Source: Polyangiaceae bacterium
Lineage (GTDB): Bacteria; Myxococcota_A; Polyangia; Polyangiales; Polyangiaceae
DNA length: 64,000 bases
Direction of reading: 5' to 3'
NCBI GenBank assembly: GCA_050287085.1
Contig: JBNKBE010000005.1
Coordinates: 96,001-160,000 of the forward strand
The translations under genes and the position numbers were made by a program. Below, in pieces: positions 22,201 through 30,872 of this stretch (its first letter is position 1; each line of letters opens with the position of its first letter). The notes under the pieces were generated by a model, which saw nothing but the letters and a program-made list of their open reading frames with translations, had not been told where the DNA came from and did not search any database.

Positions 22201-23635
22201 CAGCGGCCTCGAAGCAGCACTGGTCGCTCGCCACCTCGCCCGGGGGGAGCACCCCGAAGCGGCCGCCGACTACTACCTCGAAGCCGCCGCCGTCGCGCGC
22301 CTGAGTTTTCAGCTCCAGGTGGCGGCACGCTACTACGTCAGAGCCCTGGCCATACTTCCGGCACACGACTCGCGCAGACTCGAACCCTACAGCGTCTTGG
22401 AGGACATCTGCCGCGTCCAAGGGCGATGGCAAGACCGCGTCACGTACCTTAGAGCCCTTCGCGCCTGTGCGCTTGAAGCGGGGCTGGGCTATTGGGTTGC
22501 GCTCGCGTTGCTACGGCACGCCCAATTCGAGTTTGACTCCGGCCGACTGACACGCGCCCTGCACCTGGCCGGGCTCGGCCAGCAATGTGCCGAACAAGCG
22601 AGCTCTGCGCGCCTTCGAGTGCGCGGCGCGACGCTGACCGCTGAGATACTGGGAGGCTTGGGTCAAACACACGAAGCGCTCGCCGCGCTCGAAAAGGCGG
22701 AGGCGCTTGTTGAGAGCGGCGAAGTCCCCGCGCGCGTGCGCGCCGAGCTTCTACGGGCACGTGCAACCCTGGTGCTGCGCACTGGTCGCCTCGAGGAGTC
22801 GGTACACGTTTGTGCTCGCTCGATCGCGCTCTTCCGCCATACAGGCGCACGCCGCGACGAAGGGCGCGCCAAGTACTCGCTGGCTCGCGCGCTGGCCATG
22901 CGGGGTGACTACGAAGATGCGATCGCCCTGGCCTTCGAAACGATCCGCATCGACCTGTCATTGGGGGCGCGCTTTCAGCTCGCAAAAACGCTGAGTCATA
23001 TTGCTCAGTGTTACGCTCGTCTCGGCGCTTTCGAGCGAGCAGAACTGTATTTCGAGCGTGCGACCGAAGCCCACGCTCGCTACCAGGACGTAGACGCTCG
23101 CCACGACTCGCTCGTTATGTGGTCCGAACTCGCCCTTGAACGAGGAGAACTCGACCAGGCTAGTGATCTGCTCACCCGCGCACGACACGCGCTTGAGTCG
23201 GATGAACGTGCCTACGATAGCGTGCGCCAAGGCCTGGCCGGCACTTCCCTTCTGCGTGCGCAAGGAAGCGCCGCTCGAGCCGCGGCGCAAGCCCTCGAGA
23301 CACGCAAGCTCGCCGAATCCAAAACCTATATCGCCTTGCACTTTCAGGCCATGGCGCTGGAAGCCGCTGCACGCGCTGACTTAGGAGAACGGCATGACGC
23401 CATCTTGCTTGCCACGACCGCGCTCGGAGCGCTCGAAGCACTTGAAGGCTCGGACTACGCTATCGAGTCGCGTGCACTCTGCATCGAAGCCGTGACGCGT
23501 GTGGGACTCCCCACCGCCGGGACGCTGAAGGAACGCGCCGCAGCATACGTTCGAGAACTCAACGGCCGGATCCGGGATCCCCATCTGCGCGCGTCTTTTC
23601 AAGCGAGAAAGCCGGTCGCTCTGCTCCTGACATAA
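19289..23635 (+). CDS. Ser/Thr protein kinase fused to a degenerate cyclase-like domain, AAA (STAND) ATPase and TPRs
   Basis: LGAGGMAEV, VLKRI, HRDVSPQN, DFG, YMSPEQ; GEIGVGKT Walker A; LVVMLDSLQWMD Walker B; AAGNPFFL; C-terminal TPRs. Confidence 0.92.
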   Translation: MGSSETHTPRKLADFDVIRRLGAGGMAEVFLAKKDGAEGTYKLLVLKRILPKHGSSERFRAMFAEEAMLATRLNHPNIVQVYDFQDYGPEGLLLSMEFVDGPDLRRLHRAARSKQARLPVYLAAWIVAEVAKGLHYAHERKDEGGRPLDIVHRDVSPQNILLSTDGSVKVADFGIATANLFRQDGGTLKGKTAYMSPEQANGLRVDRRSDIYSLGVVLHELLSGRPLHGDADGQELLEAVRAGHVEPPGLYVRGIPAELEAVVMKALSIERENRFSTAREMASAITRVLLEKRQLVDAQTLEAVIAEYAPRSGPKAVARPHPAASLRRASDAVNLELPPAFGTTTGELNTGESSGPELRERARAGREFRHVAVVGLRVYGRQAVEEAIGRSQTTRLLDQVRNTLNEIAYKHGTHWSWQDEDDTQGAGGPGLERARTVAGLTANPARATSDAADMALDVHEALAGACDGLPRTLSASICLVRGVAEGRRDARGHLTSYRLQEAAGHIVDYLGDLVPQGATWAAGGLYRVIRREYVWTELPALTLDPHVAGLARGSIRVYSLLRRLTREEERAQLAVAPRDLIGRNSELADLHAAYHQAVGHDPGRFVCRRVVGEIGVGKTALLSSFFAELPPDAKRLRVECSQHRSELPFAAAAQWLRELTGIGHDDSLEQAAEVLREPLEGLKHQRHAEQILQRMSELAVGRLSEAMDEADAALRRRLLTTGLRHLFARAAEDAPLVVMLDSLQWMDLPSLELLSAMIQRGGELPILLLLGSRPDERLGRFFEDIVTIELRGLSPTHQIRLVEAHLGADEGASTACADLIPRAAGNPFFLLEMVDALLERGVLELRTSESGRLVLLRNMPPEEMQAPLPSTLEQLIADRLSELPQPEHHIIDWLAVARGPLSPTDLAALAGDNSVDAVARLCARGLCDQSRHSVDVRHPLTRDVAYHSIDPDTRRLMHQRLGEHLMQLGESSGLEAALVARHLARGEHPEAAADYYLEAAAVARLSFQLQVAARYYVRALAILPAHDSRRLEPYSVLEDICRVQGRWQDRVTYLRALRACALEAGLGYWVALALLRHAQFEFDSGRLTRALHLAGLGQQCAEQASSARLRVRGATLTAEILGGLGQTHEALAALEKAEALVESGEVPARVRAELLRARATLVLRTGRLEESVHVCARSIALFRHTGARRDEGRAKYSLARALAMRGDYEDAIALAFETIRIDLSLGARFQLAKTLSHIAQCYARLGAFERAELYFERATEAHARYQDVDARHDSLVMWSELALERGELDQASDLLTRARHALESDERAYDSVRQGLAGTSLLRAQGSAARAAAQALETRKLAESKTYIALHFQAMALEAAARADLGERHDAILLATTALGALEALEGSDYAIESRALCIEAVTRVGLPTAGTLKERAAAYVRELNGRIRDPHLRASFQARKPVALLLT

Positions 23636-23664
23636 GGGCGACATCCACGATCCGTTCACACGCC

Positions 23665-24849
23665 TCAGCCCGCGTGCTGCGCCACCCGCCGCAAGAGCGC
23701 GTGGATCCCAGCCCGGAAGAGCTCGGGCGCCGTTAGGAGACTGACCACAACGACCGGCGTGAGGGGGATGTCGTACCACCAGCCAGGTTGCACGAGCACA
23801 CGGCCTTCCTCTAACAAGTCGAGGCACCAGGTATCCTCGTCCAATACGGAGGGCAAACGCAAGACGACCGACCACCCGCCTTCAACATGAAGGGCGCTTG
23901 TCGGCGTGTTGTCGGTCACGCCTCTCAGCCATTGGTAGTTGCTGCGAATACGGGCGGCGATCGCGGCCCGCCGCGGTCCGGAGCGCGCCAGCAGTTCCGG
24001 CAAAGCCCCCTGCACCGGGCCCGAAACAGAAAGAAAAGCGTCAGCGATGTACTCGAGCCGCTTGAACGCTTCCCGAACGAGCTCAGCGGGTCCGCGAACC
24101 ACAGTCCAGGCGGCCTTGTGCTGCGGCAGTCCGGCGCTCTTGCTAAGCCCGTCCAGGCAGAAGGCCAAGCCGTGGCGCGCAGGATCATGGACCGAAAGCA
24201 GACCGGTGTAGGGGCGCCCCGGCTCAATCGGATAGTCCACGAATACCTCATCGCTGATCAGCGGAAGCCCCATCCGCAGCAGTTGGTCAAACTCCGCGGC
24301 CGTCGTGAAGTGGCCCGTCGGATTGTTCGGGGAGACTACGATCACCGCCCGCGTACGCTCCGAGCGCGCAGCGAGAAGCGTTGCGTCATCAAGGGCCCAC
24401 GCGCCATCGTAGTACAGAGCGTACGGCACCAAGCGGATCTGCTCGTAGCGGGCAAGCTCCTCGAACAAAGGATAGCTCGGCTCTGGCACGAGCACCTCAT
24501 CCCCCGCGTCGCACAACAACTTGAACAGGTGTGCGTATGCCTCACTCGTGCTGCTCGTCAGAAATAGTTCAGCCGGCTCGACGCGCGGACCTCGCTCAGA
24601 CCAGTGTCGAGCACATGCGGACAGCGCCGCTGGCGGCCCCAGGGGCGTTGGTCGGTATTGTGCTCCCCCCGCATCCCCGAGCGGAGCGAGCAGAGCCGAG
24701 GCCGTCTCTGGCGGTTCATCCAGCCGGACCGCGGTGGGATTTGAGACCGTCAAGTCCAGGAGCCCCCCCCCCTGATGTCGCATGCGTTGCATGGCAACGC
24801 TCAAGGGATTGTGGGAGTCGAACGTCTCGGAGCGCCGGGAAAACACCAT
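23665..24849 (-). CDS. PLP-dependent aminotransferase class I/II
   Basis: DLTVSNPT, PSYPLF, SPNNPTG, ISDEVF, GLSKSAGLP (PLP lysine). Confidence 0.92.
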   Translation of the reverse strand: MVFSRRSETFDSHNPLSVAMQRMRHQGGGLLDLTVSNPTAVRLDEPPETASALLAPLGDAGGAQYRPTPLGPPAALSACARHWSERGPRVEPAELFLTSSTSEAYAHLFKLLCDAGDEVLVPEPSYPLFEELARYEQIRLVPYALYYDGAWALDDATLLAARSERTRAVIVVSPNNPTGHFTTAAEFDQLLRMGLPLISDEVFVDYPIEPGRPYTGLLSVHDPARHGLAFCLDGLSKSAGLPQHKAAWTVVRGPAELVREAFKRLEYIADAFLSVSGPVQGALPELLARSGPRRAAIAARIRSNYQWLRGVTDNTPTSALHVEGGWSVVLRLPSVLDEDTWCLDLLEEGRVLVQPGWWYDIPLTPVVVVSLLTAPELFRAGIHALLRRVAQHAG

Positions 24850-25015
24850 GATGAGCGTATGGCGCCAAACACAGATCGTTCCGGGACGTCAAGGCCTGGT
24901 GTGGTTGCACTGACCCGAACCCTAGAACCGCCCCTTGGTCGCTCCCCAAGCGACAGTAACGACGGCGCAAGAAACGCCCCACCAAGACGCGTTTCCGCGA
25001 TAAGAGCGACAAATC

Positions 25016-26218
25016 ATGGACAGTGGGACCGAGCCCCCGGAAAGTAGCAATGCCTCAGCGGCGACGTCGAGCAACGTCGTTCTCCTCAAGTACCAGGGAA
25101 AGGAGATCCATCTGATCGGGACGGCCCACGTTTCGCGCGCCTCAGTCGAGGAAGTAGCTCGCACGATTCGTCAAGTCCGGCCCGATACCGTATGCGTCGA
25201 ACTCGACCAGACTCGATATGACGCCATGGTCGACGACCATCGCTTTCGCAAACTGGACATCTTCCAGATCATCCGGGAGAAGAAGGTTCTCTTCTTGCTG
25301 GCCAATCTCGTCCTGACATCGTTTCAGCGACGGATGGGAGAGCGGATGGGGGTGGCTCCTGGGGCGGAGCTCATGGCGGGAGTTGAAACCGCACGCGAAG
25401 TCGGAGCCGAGTTGGTGCTCGCGGACCGAAACATCCAGGCAACTCTCAAACGCACGTGGCACAGCCTCCGCTTCTTCGACCGCATCACGTTGTTGGGCGA
25501 GATGTTTGGCGGCATGTTCGGAGGTCAGGAGCTCACCGCTGAAGACATCGAACAGCTCAAAGATCGAGACACGATCTCCGAGGTGATCTCCGATTTTGCT
25601 CAGCGCATGCCCAGGCTCCAGCGCCCGCTGATCGACGAGCGGGATCAGTTCTTGATGAGCACCATCCAAGAGGCGCCGGGCAAAGTGATCGTCGCCGTGG
25701 TGGGGGCAGGTCACGTCCCTGGGATGCAAACCTATCTGGGCAAGACCGTAGATCGAGACGCCCTAAGCGAAATCCCTCAACCCTCCTTATTCAGTCGTTC
25801 GCTGAAGTGGGTGATTCCGATTGTCATTCTATCGGCGTTCTATTGGGGGTTTCGCGAGCATCAAGGCCAGGGCCTCAGAGACATGTTGTACGCGTGGATC
25901 ATTCCCAACAGCGTTGGTGCCGCCCTGCTCTCCGCAGTTGCCGGAGCACGCCCCTTGACGGTCGTGACGTCCGCGATTGCTTCTCCCATCACCTCGCTCA
26001 ACCCAACTGTGGGCGCCGGGATGGTGGCCGCCTTTGTTGAAGCGTGGCTTCGGCGCCCCACCGTCGAAGACTGCGAAGGCGTCAACGAGGCGATGATGTC
26101 TCTCGGCGGAATGTATCGCAATCCCTTCACTCGCGTCCTATTGGTCGCGCTCGGCGCCACCCTGGGCTCAGCCCTCGGCGCATACGTCGGTGCCGCGTGG
26201 GTCGTCAAGCTGTTGTGA
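25016..26218 (+). CDS. TraB/PrgY/GumN family membrane protein
   Basis: LIGTAHVS, VCVELD, PGAEL, LADRNIQATLKR, LIDERD, VVGAGH; C-terminal transmembrane helices with ASPITSLNP. Confidence 0.92.
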   Translation: MDSGTEPPESSNASAATSSNVVLLKYQGKEIHLIGTAHVSRASVEEVARTIRQVRPDTVCVELDQTRYDAMVDDHRFRKLDIFQIIREKKVLFLLANLVLTSFQRRMGERMGVAPGAELMAGVETAREVGAELVLADRNIQATLKRTWHSLRFFDRITLLGEMFGGMFGGQELTAEDIEQLKDRDTISEVISDFAQRMPRLQRPLIDERDQFLMSTIQEAPGKVIVAVVGAGHVPGMQTYLGKTVDRDALSEIPQPSLFSRSLKWVIPIVILSAFYWGFREHQGQGLRDMLYAWIIPNSVGAALLSAVAGARPLTVVTSAIASPITSLNPTVGAGMVAAFVEAWLRRPTVEDCEGVNEAMMSLGGMYRNPFTRVLLVALGATLGSALGAYVGAAWVVKLL

Positions 26219-26302
26219 GCGCACTCCGACACAAGGAGCCCCAGCGATTCGGAAAAACCTGCGCGGCGAAACCAGAAGAGCTGCGCTAGGGTACTTGAGG
26301 TC

Positions 26303-27151
26303 ATGAGCGCTGCCCCCTCCCGCCCTTACCTTGGCCATGGCATCGGCCTCCGGGTTCCCCACTACGCCCAGGCGCTTGAGGGGGACTATCCGGTCGACTG
26401 GGTCGAGTGCATCACGGAGAACTTCCTCGGCCCCGGAGGGCGCCCTCGGGCGGTGCTTGAAGCGCTGCACGCCCGCATGCCCGTCGTATTTCACGGAGTT
26501 GCCATGGGTATCGGCTCGCCAGAGCCGCCTCACACCCGGTATCTCGACGAATTGAAACGGTTGTTTGCCGACTTTCCTCCAGCATGGGTGAGCGACCACC
26601 TGTGCTGGACACATCTCGGCGGCGTACACTCGCACGATCTGCTGCCGCTCCCCTATACGGAGGAGAGCCTGCGCCGCGTGGTCGCTCATACCCGTCTTGT
26701 GCAGGATGCCCTCGGACGACAGATCGCTCTGGAAAACGTGTCGAGCTACGTAGGCTTCCGCGCGAGCTCCATGAGTGAATGGGAGTTTCTAGGGCGCGTC
26801 GCAGAACAAGCCGATTGTATGCTGCTGCTCGACATCAACAACGTGATCGTCAGTGCAAAGAATCATGACTTCACGCCAGAGGACTTCGTACGTGGTGTAC
26901 CGCATGAACGTGTGCTGCAGTTTCACCTCGCCAATCATACGGATCGAGGCCACTACAAGTTCGACTCCCACCAGGGGCCGGTGCCCGACGAAGTGTGGGA
27001 GCTCTATCGCTTTGCGCTGCAAACCCTAGGCCCCGTGTCCTCGCTCATCGAGTGGGACGAGGAGGTCCCAACCCTGGCCCGGCTATGTGAGGAACAGCAG
27101 AAAGCGTCGCGGATCGCGCAGGAAGTTGCCGCCCAGGAGACGAGGCCATGA
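26303..27151 (+). CDS. bufB: Multinuclear non-heme iron oxidase (MNIO, DUF692), bufferin maturase type
   Basis: GIGLRVPHY, ENFL, HGVAMGIG, WVSDHLCW, HDLLPLPY, LENVSSY, EWEFL, LLDINN, FHLANH, DSH, IEWD. Confidence 0.93.
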   Translation: MSAAPSRPYLGHGIGLRVPHYAQALEGDYPVDWVECITENFLGPGGRPRAVLEALHARMPVVFHGVAMGIGSPEPPHTRYLDELKRLFADFPPAWVSDHLCWTHLGGVHSHDLLPLPYTEESLRRVVAHTRLVQDALGRQIALENVSSYVGFRASSMSEWEFLGRVAEQADCMLLLDINNVIVSAKNHDFTPEDFVRGVPHERVLQFHLANHTDRGHYKFDSHQGPVPDEVWELYRFALQTLGPVSSLIEWDEEVPTLARLCEEQQKASRIAQEVAAQETRP

Positions 27152-27972
27152 CGCTCCGCGGCGCTCCGACCTTGGACGCGATGCAGCGCGTGTTTTGGGA
27201 TGCCATCGTGCATCCGGAGGGGGTTAGTGCATTCCTGCGCGACGCCTCCGACGAAGAGCGGGTGCTGTTTGCGGAGACCTTTGCCGAAACGGCCGAATTT
27301 CAGCGAACGGAACGGGTTGAAGTCTATGCAGAGGCGTACTTCTACCGTTTGCACGACGTCTTGGCGGAAGTGTTTCCCATCTTGCGACACGCGATCGGAC
27401 GAGCGCGTTTTCACAATCTGGTAACGGACTTCCTGCTCAGCCACCCCAGTACAGCCGGAAACCTTCATCGACTGGGGGACGCGCTCCCTGATTTCGTGCG
27501 GGGGCAAAGCTCCCTACCAGGACATCAGCAGTGGGCCGACCTCGCCAAGTTGGAGCTCGCTCTTCACACCTCACTCGATGCAGCGGACGCCGTGCCGCTC
27601 AGAGCTGAAGAGGTGATGCAGTGGGAACCGGAAGTGCTGATGGGTTCCCAGTTCCGCCTGGTGCCGTCGGCGAGCCTGGTGTCCGGTGGACACCCAGCCG
27701 GGCCCTGGCAACAAGCGCTGCGCGAGGGGCACCCTATACCGGAAGCCACCAGCACACCGGCAACCACCGGACATGTTGTGTGGCGGCAAGGCTTCCGGCC
27801 GCTCTTTCGCTGGGTCGCGTCTCCCGCGGAGTGGGCGGCCTTAACGGCCCTGTGTGCGGGCTCGCCATTTGCAGAAATTTGCGCGGTCGCCCAGAGCCAC
27901 GGCGCAACACCGATCGTCGCAGCCGGGTATCTGAAGCGCTGGCTGCAGGACGAATTGCTGACCTCAGCCTGA
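27148..27972 (+). CDS. bufC: MNIO partner protein (DUF2063/HvfC/BufC-type)
   Basis: ATGA overlap with the MNIO gene; RVEVYAEAYFYRL, LAEVFP, LGDALPDF, DLAKLELA, VWRQGF. Confidence 0.88.
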   Translation: MTLRGAPTLDAMQRVFWDAIVHPEGVSAFLRDASDEERVLFAETFAETAEFQRTERVEVYAEAYFYRLHDVLAEVFPILRHAIGRARFHNLVTDFLLSHPSTAGNLHRLGDALPDFVRGQSSLPGHQQWADLAKLELALHTSLDAADAVPLRAEEVMQWEPEVLMGSQFRLVPSASLVSGGHPAGPWQQALREGHPIPEATSTPATTGHVVWRQGFRPLFRWVASPAEWAALTALCAGSPFAEICAVAQSHGATPIVAAGYLKRWLQDELLTSA

Positions 27973-28213
27973 GGGCCCGGGAATGGGAACCTAGTGCGTC
28001 GGCCGATGCTCGTGCCGTGGCGTGCGGGTTCGTCGAGCTACTCCAATAGCCCCGCGGGGCTCGCTCCTCGCGCGCCCACCTCGCGGTCGCGACCGGCTCG
28101 CGACTGCCCCCTCTCCGTGGGCTCTACGCTCGAGTCGCGGAAGCGGAAACACTTGGAGCCCGCGAGACACGCACCGGTCCGAGCAGCTCTTAGCGACGCG
28201 CAGCTTAACGATG

Positions 28214-28254
28214 GAAGACAAAGGGCGGCTTGAGCATGATCGCCAAGCCGCCCT
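28214..28254 (-). terminator. Rho-independent terminator of the cytochrome c-precursor operon
   Basis: Perfect 11-bp stem AGGGCGGCTTG/CAAGCCGCCCT followed on the minus strand by TTGTCTTC, about 50 nt after the precursor stop. Confidence 0.75.
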
Positions 28255-28306
28255 CCGCATCCGCCGCCAATACTTCCGAGCCATCGCCGGCGGCAACGCC
28301 AGCTAC

Positions 28307-28582
28307 TTACATTACCGTGCCACCGGCGGTGGTGCAGTCTGCGCTGGACATCTTGACCCAGCCCTTGCCCTTGCACTCGTTCTGGCCAGCACACCCGTGC
28401 CCGCCCTCAACACCACACTGCGAATGCCCTTTGCATTCGTTGGCACCAAGGCACTTCACGGTTTCATCAGCGGCCACGGCGTCATCAGCGGATGCGGGCT
28501 CGGGCGTGCTGCTGGCACACGCGCTGGCGAAAAGCGCGGCGGCCGCGCTGGCAAAAGCTGCTTTGGTCATCTTGTTATGCAT
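28307..28582 (-). CDS. Bufferin-type (BufA2-like) six-cysteine RiPP precursor, possible lipoprotein
   Basis: Signal peptide ending LFASAC; core KCLGANECKGHSQC...CAGQNECKGKGW...C..AGG; AAGGA RBS. Confidence 0.88.
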   Translation of the reverse strand: MHNKMTKAAFASAAAALFASACASSTPEPASADDAVAADETVKCLGANECKGHSQCGVEGGHGCAGQNECKGKGWVKMSSADCTTAGGTVM

Positions 28583-28595
28583 TGTTGTGATTCCT

Positions 28596-29057
28596 TCATT
28601 CCGATGTCTCTGCCTCGTGGCAGTTGAAACAGCCGAACTCTTTGACGGGCTCCATCTGCATCAGTTCGGCCATCCTGGGAACGACCTTGTCCATCATGAA
28701 CGCGGTCACTTCCTCGTCGTACTCCTTCGAAGCCGGAATCGGATCCGGCTTCTCTAGAGCGAACAAACCGTTCGGTAGCTTGTAGTCAACCTCCTGCATG
28801 TTCTCCCCATGGCAGGTCTGGCACTTGAAGTCCTTATAGCCCTCAGGATCAGCCTCCTGGAAGAGCTTTTTCATCTCGGGCAGCACAGTCAGCCCCATGA
28901 ACTCCATCCGCTGGTCGCGATCCATATCCTTCCACGCGAGCGCTTCGGTCCCCGCCGCCTGGGCTTCTGAGTCAGGTGTTTCCGTCGGCGTTTGACTACC
29001 CGCGCAAGCGGCGACAATGGCGCCAACACAGGGAATGATGAGGGTACTTATCTTCAT
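28596..29057 (-). CDS. Diheme c-type cytochrome lipoprotein
   Basis: Lipobox IVAAC; CQTCH and CFNCH; Met-rich helices; GGGAGAG RBS; 13 nt upstream of the precursor gene. Confidence 0.85.
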   Translation of the reverse strand: MKISTLIIPCVGAIVAACAGSQTPTETPDSEAQAAGTEALAWKDMDRDQRMEFMGLTVLPEMKKLFQEADPEGYKDFKCQTCHGENMQEVDYKLPNGLFALEKPDPIPASKEYDEEVTAFMMDKVVPRMAELMQMEPVKEFGCFNCHEAETSE

Positions 29058-29074
29058 GGGCTCTCCCGTTGTGA

Positions 29075-29100
29075 TTCACCGACTAGGGACGACACGTTCC
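29075..29100 (-). promoter_or_regulatory. Candidate ECF sigma-factor promoter for the cytochrome c-precursor operon
   Basis: Minus strand reads GGAACG-N16-TGAA, ending about 17 nt before the ATG; only a loose match to ECF consensus. Confidence 0.3.
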
Positions 29101-29456
29101 GCGCGAAGCTCCGCGCGACGGCGCCACTTGGACGCGGCCCAGCGGGCCGCCGCCTACCAGACGGCAGGCGCTCCAATTGGACTACTCCGATACTGGGCCC
29201 TCGGCCCGCTGTGTGCTTCACGGCTCAAACTACGCCGTCCCCTTGGGTTTGGTTTCAGTTTTCCTTCCGTCATTATCTCGGATGGGAGCCAGCTACACAA
29301 AAACCGGAATAGACTCGGGCCAGGGTCCGGACTTGCGCCCGCAAAGTCCCGTCGCTCGCTGATGCGCGCTGCGTACAAGTATGCTCAAAGTACCCCGTCA
29401 TGGCTGCCACCTCGATCGCGCGAAGTCCGGTTCCGACGTGCTTCAACGGCACTCCA

Positions 29457-29732
29457 ATGCGGGGCAACACGTGGCATAAGGCGCTCCTCACGGTTGCCGC
29501 ATTGACGTTGGGCTGTCACCGCGAAGCCCCTACGCCAGAGCAGTGCTTGGGACTCGCACAGGGAGTACTCAGCTCGGCCCCGGGCCGAGCTCTAGACACG
29601 GCCAGTCTGCGCTCGCTGACGCTGCGCTGCATCGATGAACCGTTTGACAAGCGCGTGGTTGAATGTGTGTCGGACGGCTACTCCGCGACCACCTGCATGA
29701 CGCTAGTGCCCCCTCAAGCAAGTGAGCGCTGA
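29457..29732 (+). CDS. Small Cys-containing lipoprotein
   Basis: MRGNTWHKALLTVAALTLGC lipobox; four further Cys. Confidence 0.6.
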   Translation: MRGNTWHKALLTVAALTLGCHREAPTPEQCLGLAQGVLSSAPGRALDTASLRSLTLRCIDEPFDKRVVECVSDGYSATTCMTLVPPQASER

Positions 29733-29961
29733 CGTGGAATCCCCGTGTGGGGGCCGGCCCAAAACGCACATTCACCAGCAGAAATTAACACGGATCGACT
29801 GCACCATGGTCGTCGATGACCGGAACGCGTTGACCACCTGTCACACTCAGGCTGTGAGAGCCGAACGGTGTCCCGCACCACTCTGGCGCACTCGTAACCT
29901 GCAGCCTCGGTCGGCAAACAAAAGCGGCACCCCCCCGTTGGACGCGCTACGCTAATAGCGC

Positions 29962-30774
29962 TTGGCACGAGACAATGATAATTCCTTGCGTTGGACTTCA
30001 CCTCGAGGCATTTCACCTCTGCGTGCAGAGTCCGCAACGTCGGTTCGCAACATCGAGGAAGGCGAAATGCGTGTCGCCTTTCAGCCGATCGTCAGCCTAG
30101 CTTCAGGCAATACGCTCGCGCACGAAGCACTGGCACGCTGTACCCTCGAACCGTTTCGCTCACCGGCTGTTCTGTTCGAACGTGCTGCACAGGAACAAGC
30201 CTGTGGGCGCTTAGGTCGCGTCGTACGCAACGTTCTTTTTGAGACCGCGCCCAACCTGCCGGTCTTCATCAACCTGCACCCGCAGGAACTGGAGCAGCGC
30301 TGGCTAGTACAGCCTACAGACCCGCTCTACATGCATGACGAAGCCGTGTATCTAGAGATAACGGAGAGTGCGGCATTTCAACACTTCAATTTGTGCCAAA
30401 TGGTACTCACCGAAGTGCGTTCCCGCAGCAATGCCCGTCTTGTGGTCGACGACTTTGGCGCAGGCCACTCCGATATGGATCGAGTACTCATGTTGAGGCC
30501 CGACTTCGTAAAGCTCGACATGTCACTGATCCGCAACATCGACAGTGATCCGGAGCGCCAACGGGCTGTAGACGTGATTGTCCGACACTGCACTGACCTT
30601 GGCTGCCTTGTGGTGGCTGAAGGCATCGAGACAGTCGGCGAGCTGCTCACGGTTCGGGACATGGCGATCGGCTACGGGCAGGGATACTTGCTAGGACGCC
30701 CCGCTTTCACACCGGTTGCCGGAGAGTGGCCCGCGGACGCCCCGAAACTGGGACTTGCCTCCGGTCAATCCTAG
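29962..30774 (+). CDS. Stand-alone EAL-domain c-di-GMP phosphodiesterase (start may be 30067)
   Basis: FQPIV, HEALAR, FINL, LEITE, VDDFGAGHS, VKLD, VAEGIE, GQGYLLGRP. Confidence 0.92.
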   Translation: MARDNDNSLRWTSPRGISPLRAESATSVRNIEEGEMRVAFQPIVSLASGNTLAHEALARCTLEPFRSPAVLFERAAQEQACGRLGRVVRNVLFETAPNLPVFINLHPQELEQRWLVQPTDPLYMHDEAVYLEITESAAFQHFNLCQMVLTEVRSRSNARLVVDDFGAGHSDMDRVLMLRPDFVKLDMSLIRNIDSDPERQRAVDVIVRHCTDLGCLVVAEGIETVGELLTVRDMAIGYGQGYLLGRPAFTPVAGEWPADAPKLGLASGQS

Positions 30775-30872
30775 GCAGCAACCCCCAGACCTTCTGGTAC
30801 GGCGATACGGTAGCCTCCGCGACACGCTGGCCGGCAGCAAGCGCTCACGATGGAGCGCTTGCTGTAGCCTAG

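Noticed and set aside
24934..24986. Possible three-way junction upstream of the TraB gene
   Set aside because: Short stems with competing pairings; not distinguishable from chance.
25016..26218. TraB as a sign of conjugation or a mobile element
   Set aside because: This is the TraB/PrgY/GumN family; there are no T4SS, relaxase or integrase genes in the window.
27991..28757. ORF-track entries spanning the gap between the MNIO partner and the precursor
   Set aside because: Arg/Pro/Ser-rich shadow frames that overlap the terminator and the better-supported precursor gene.
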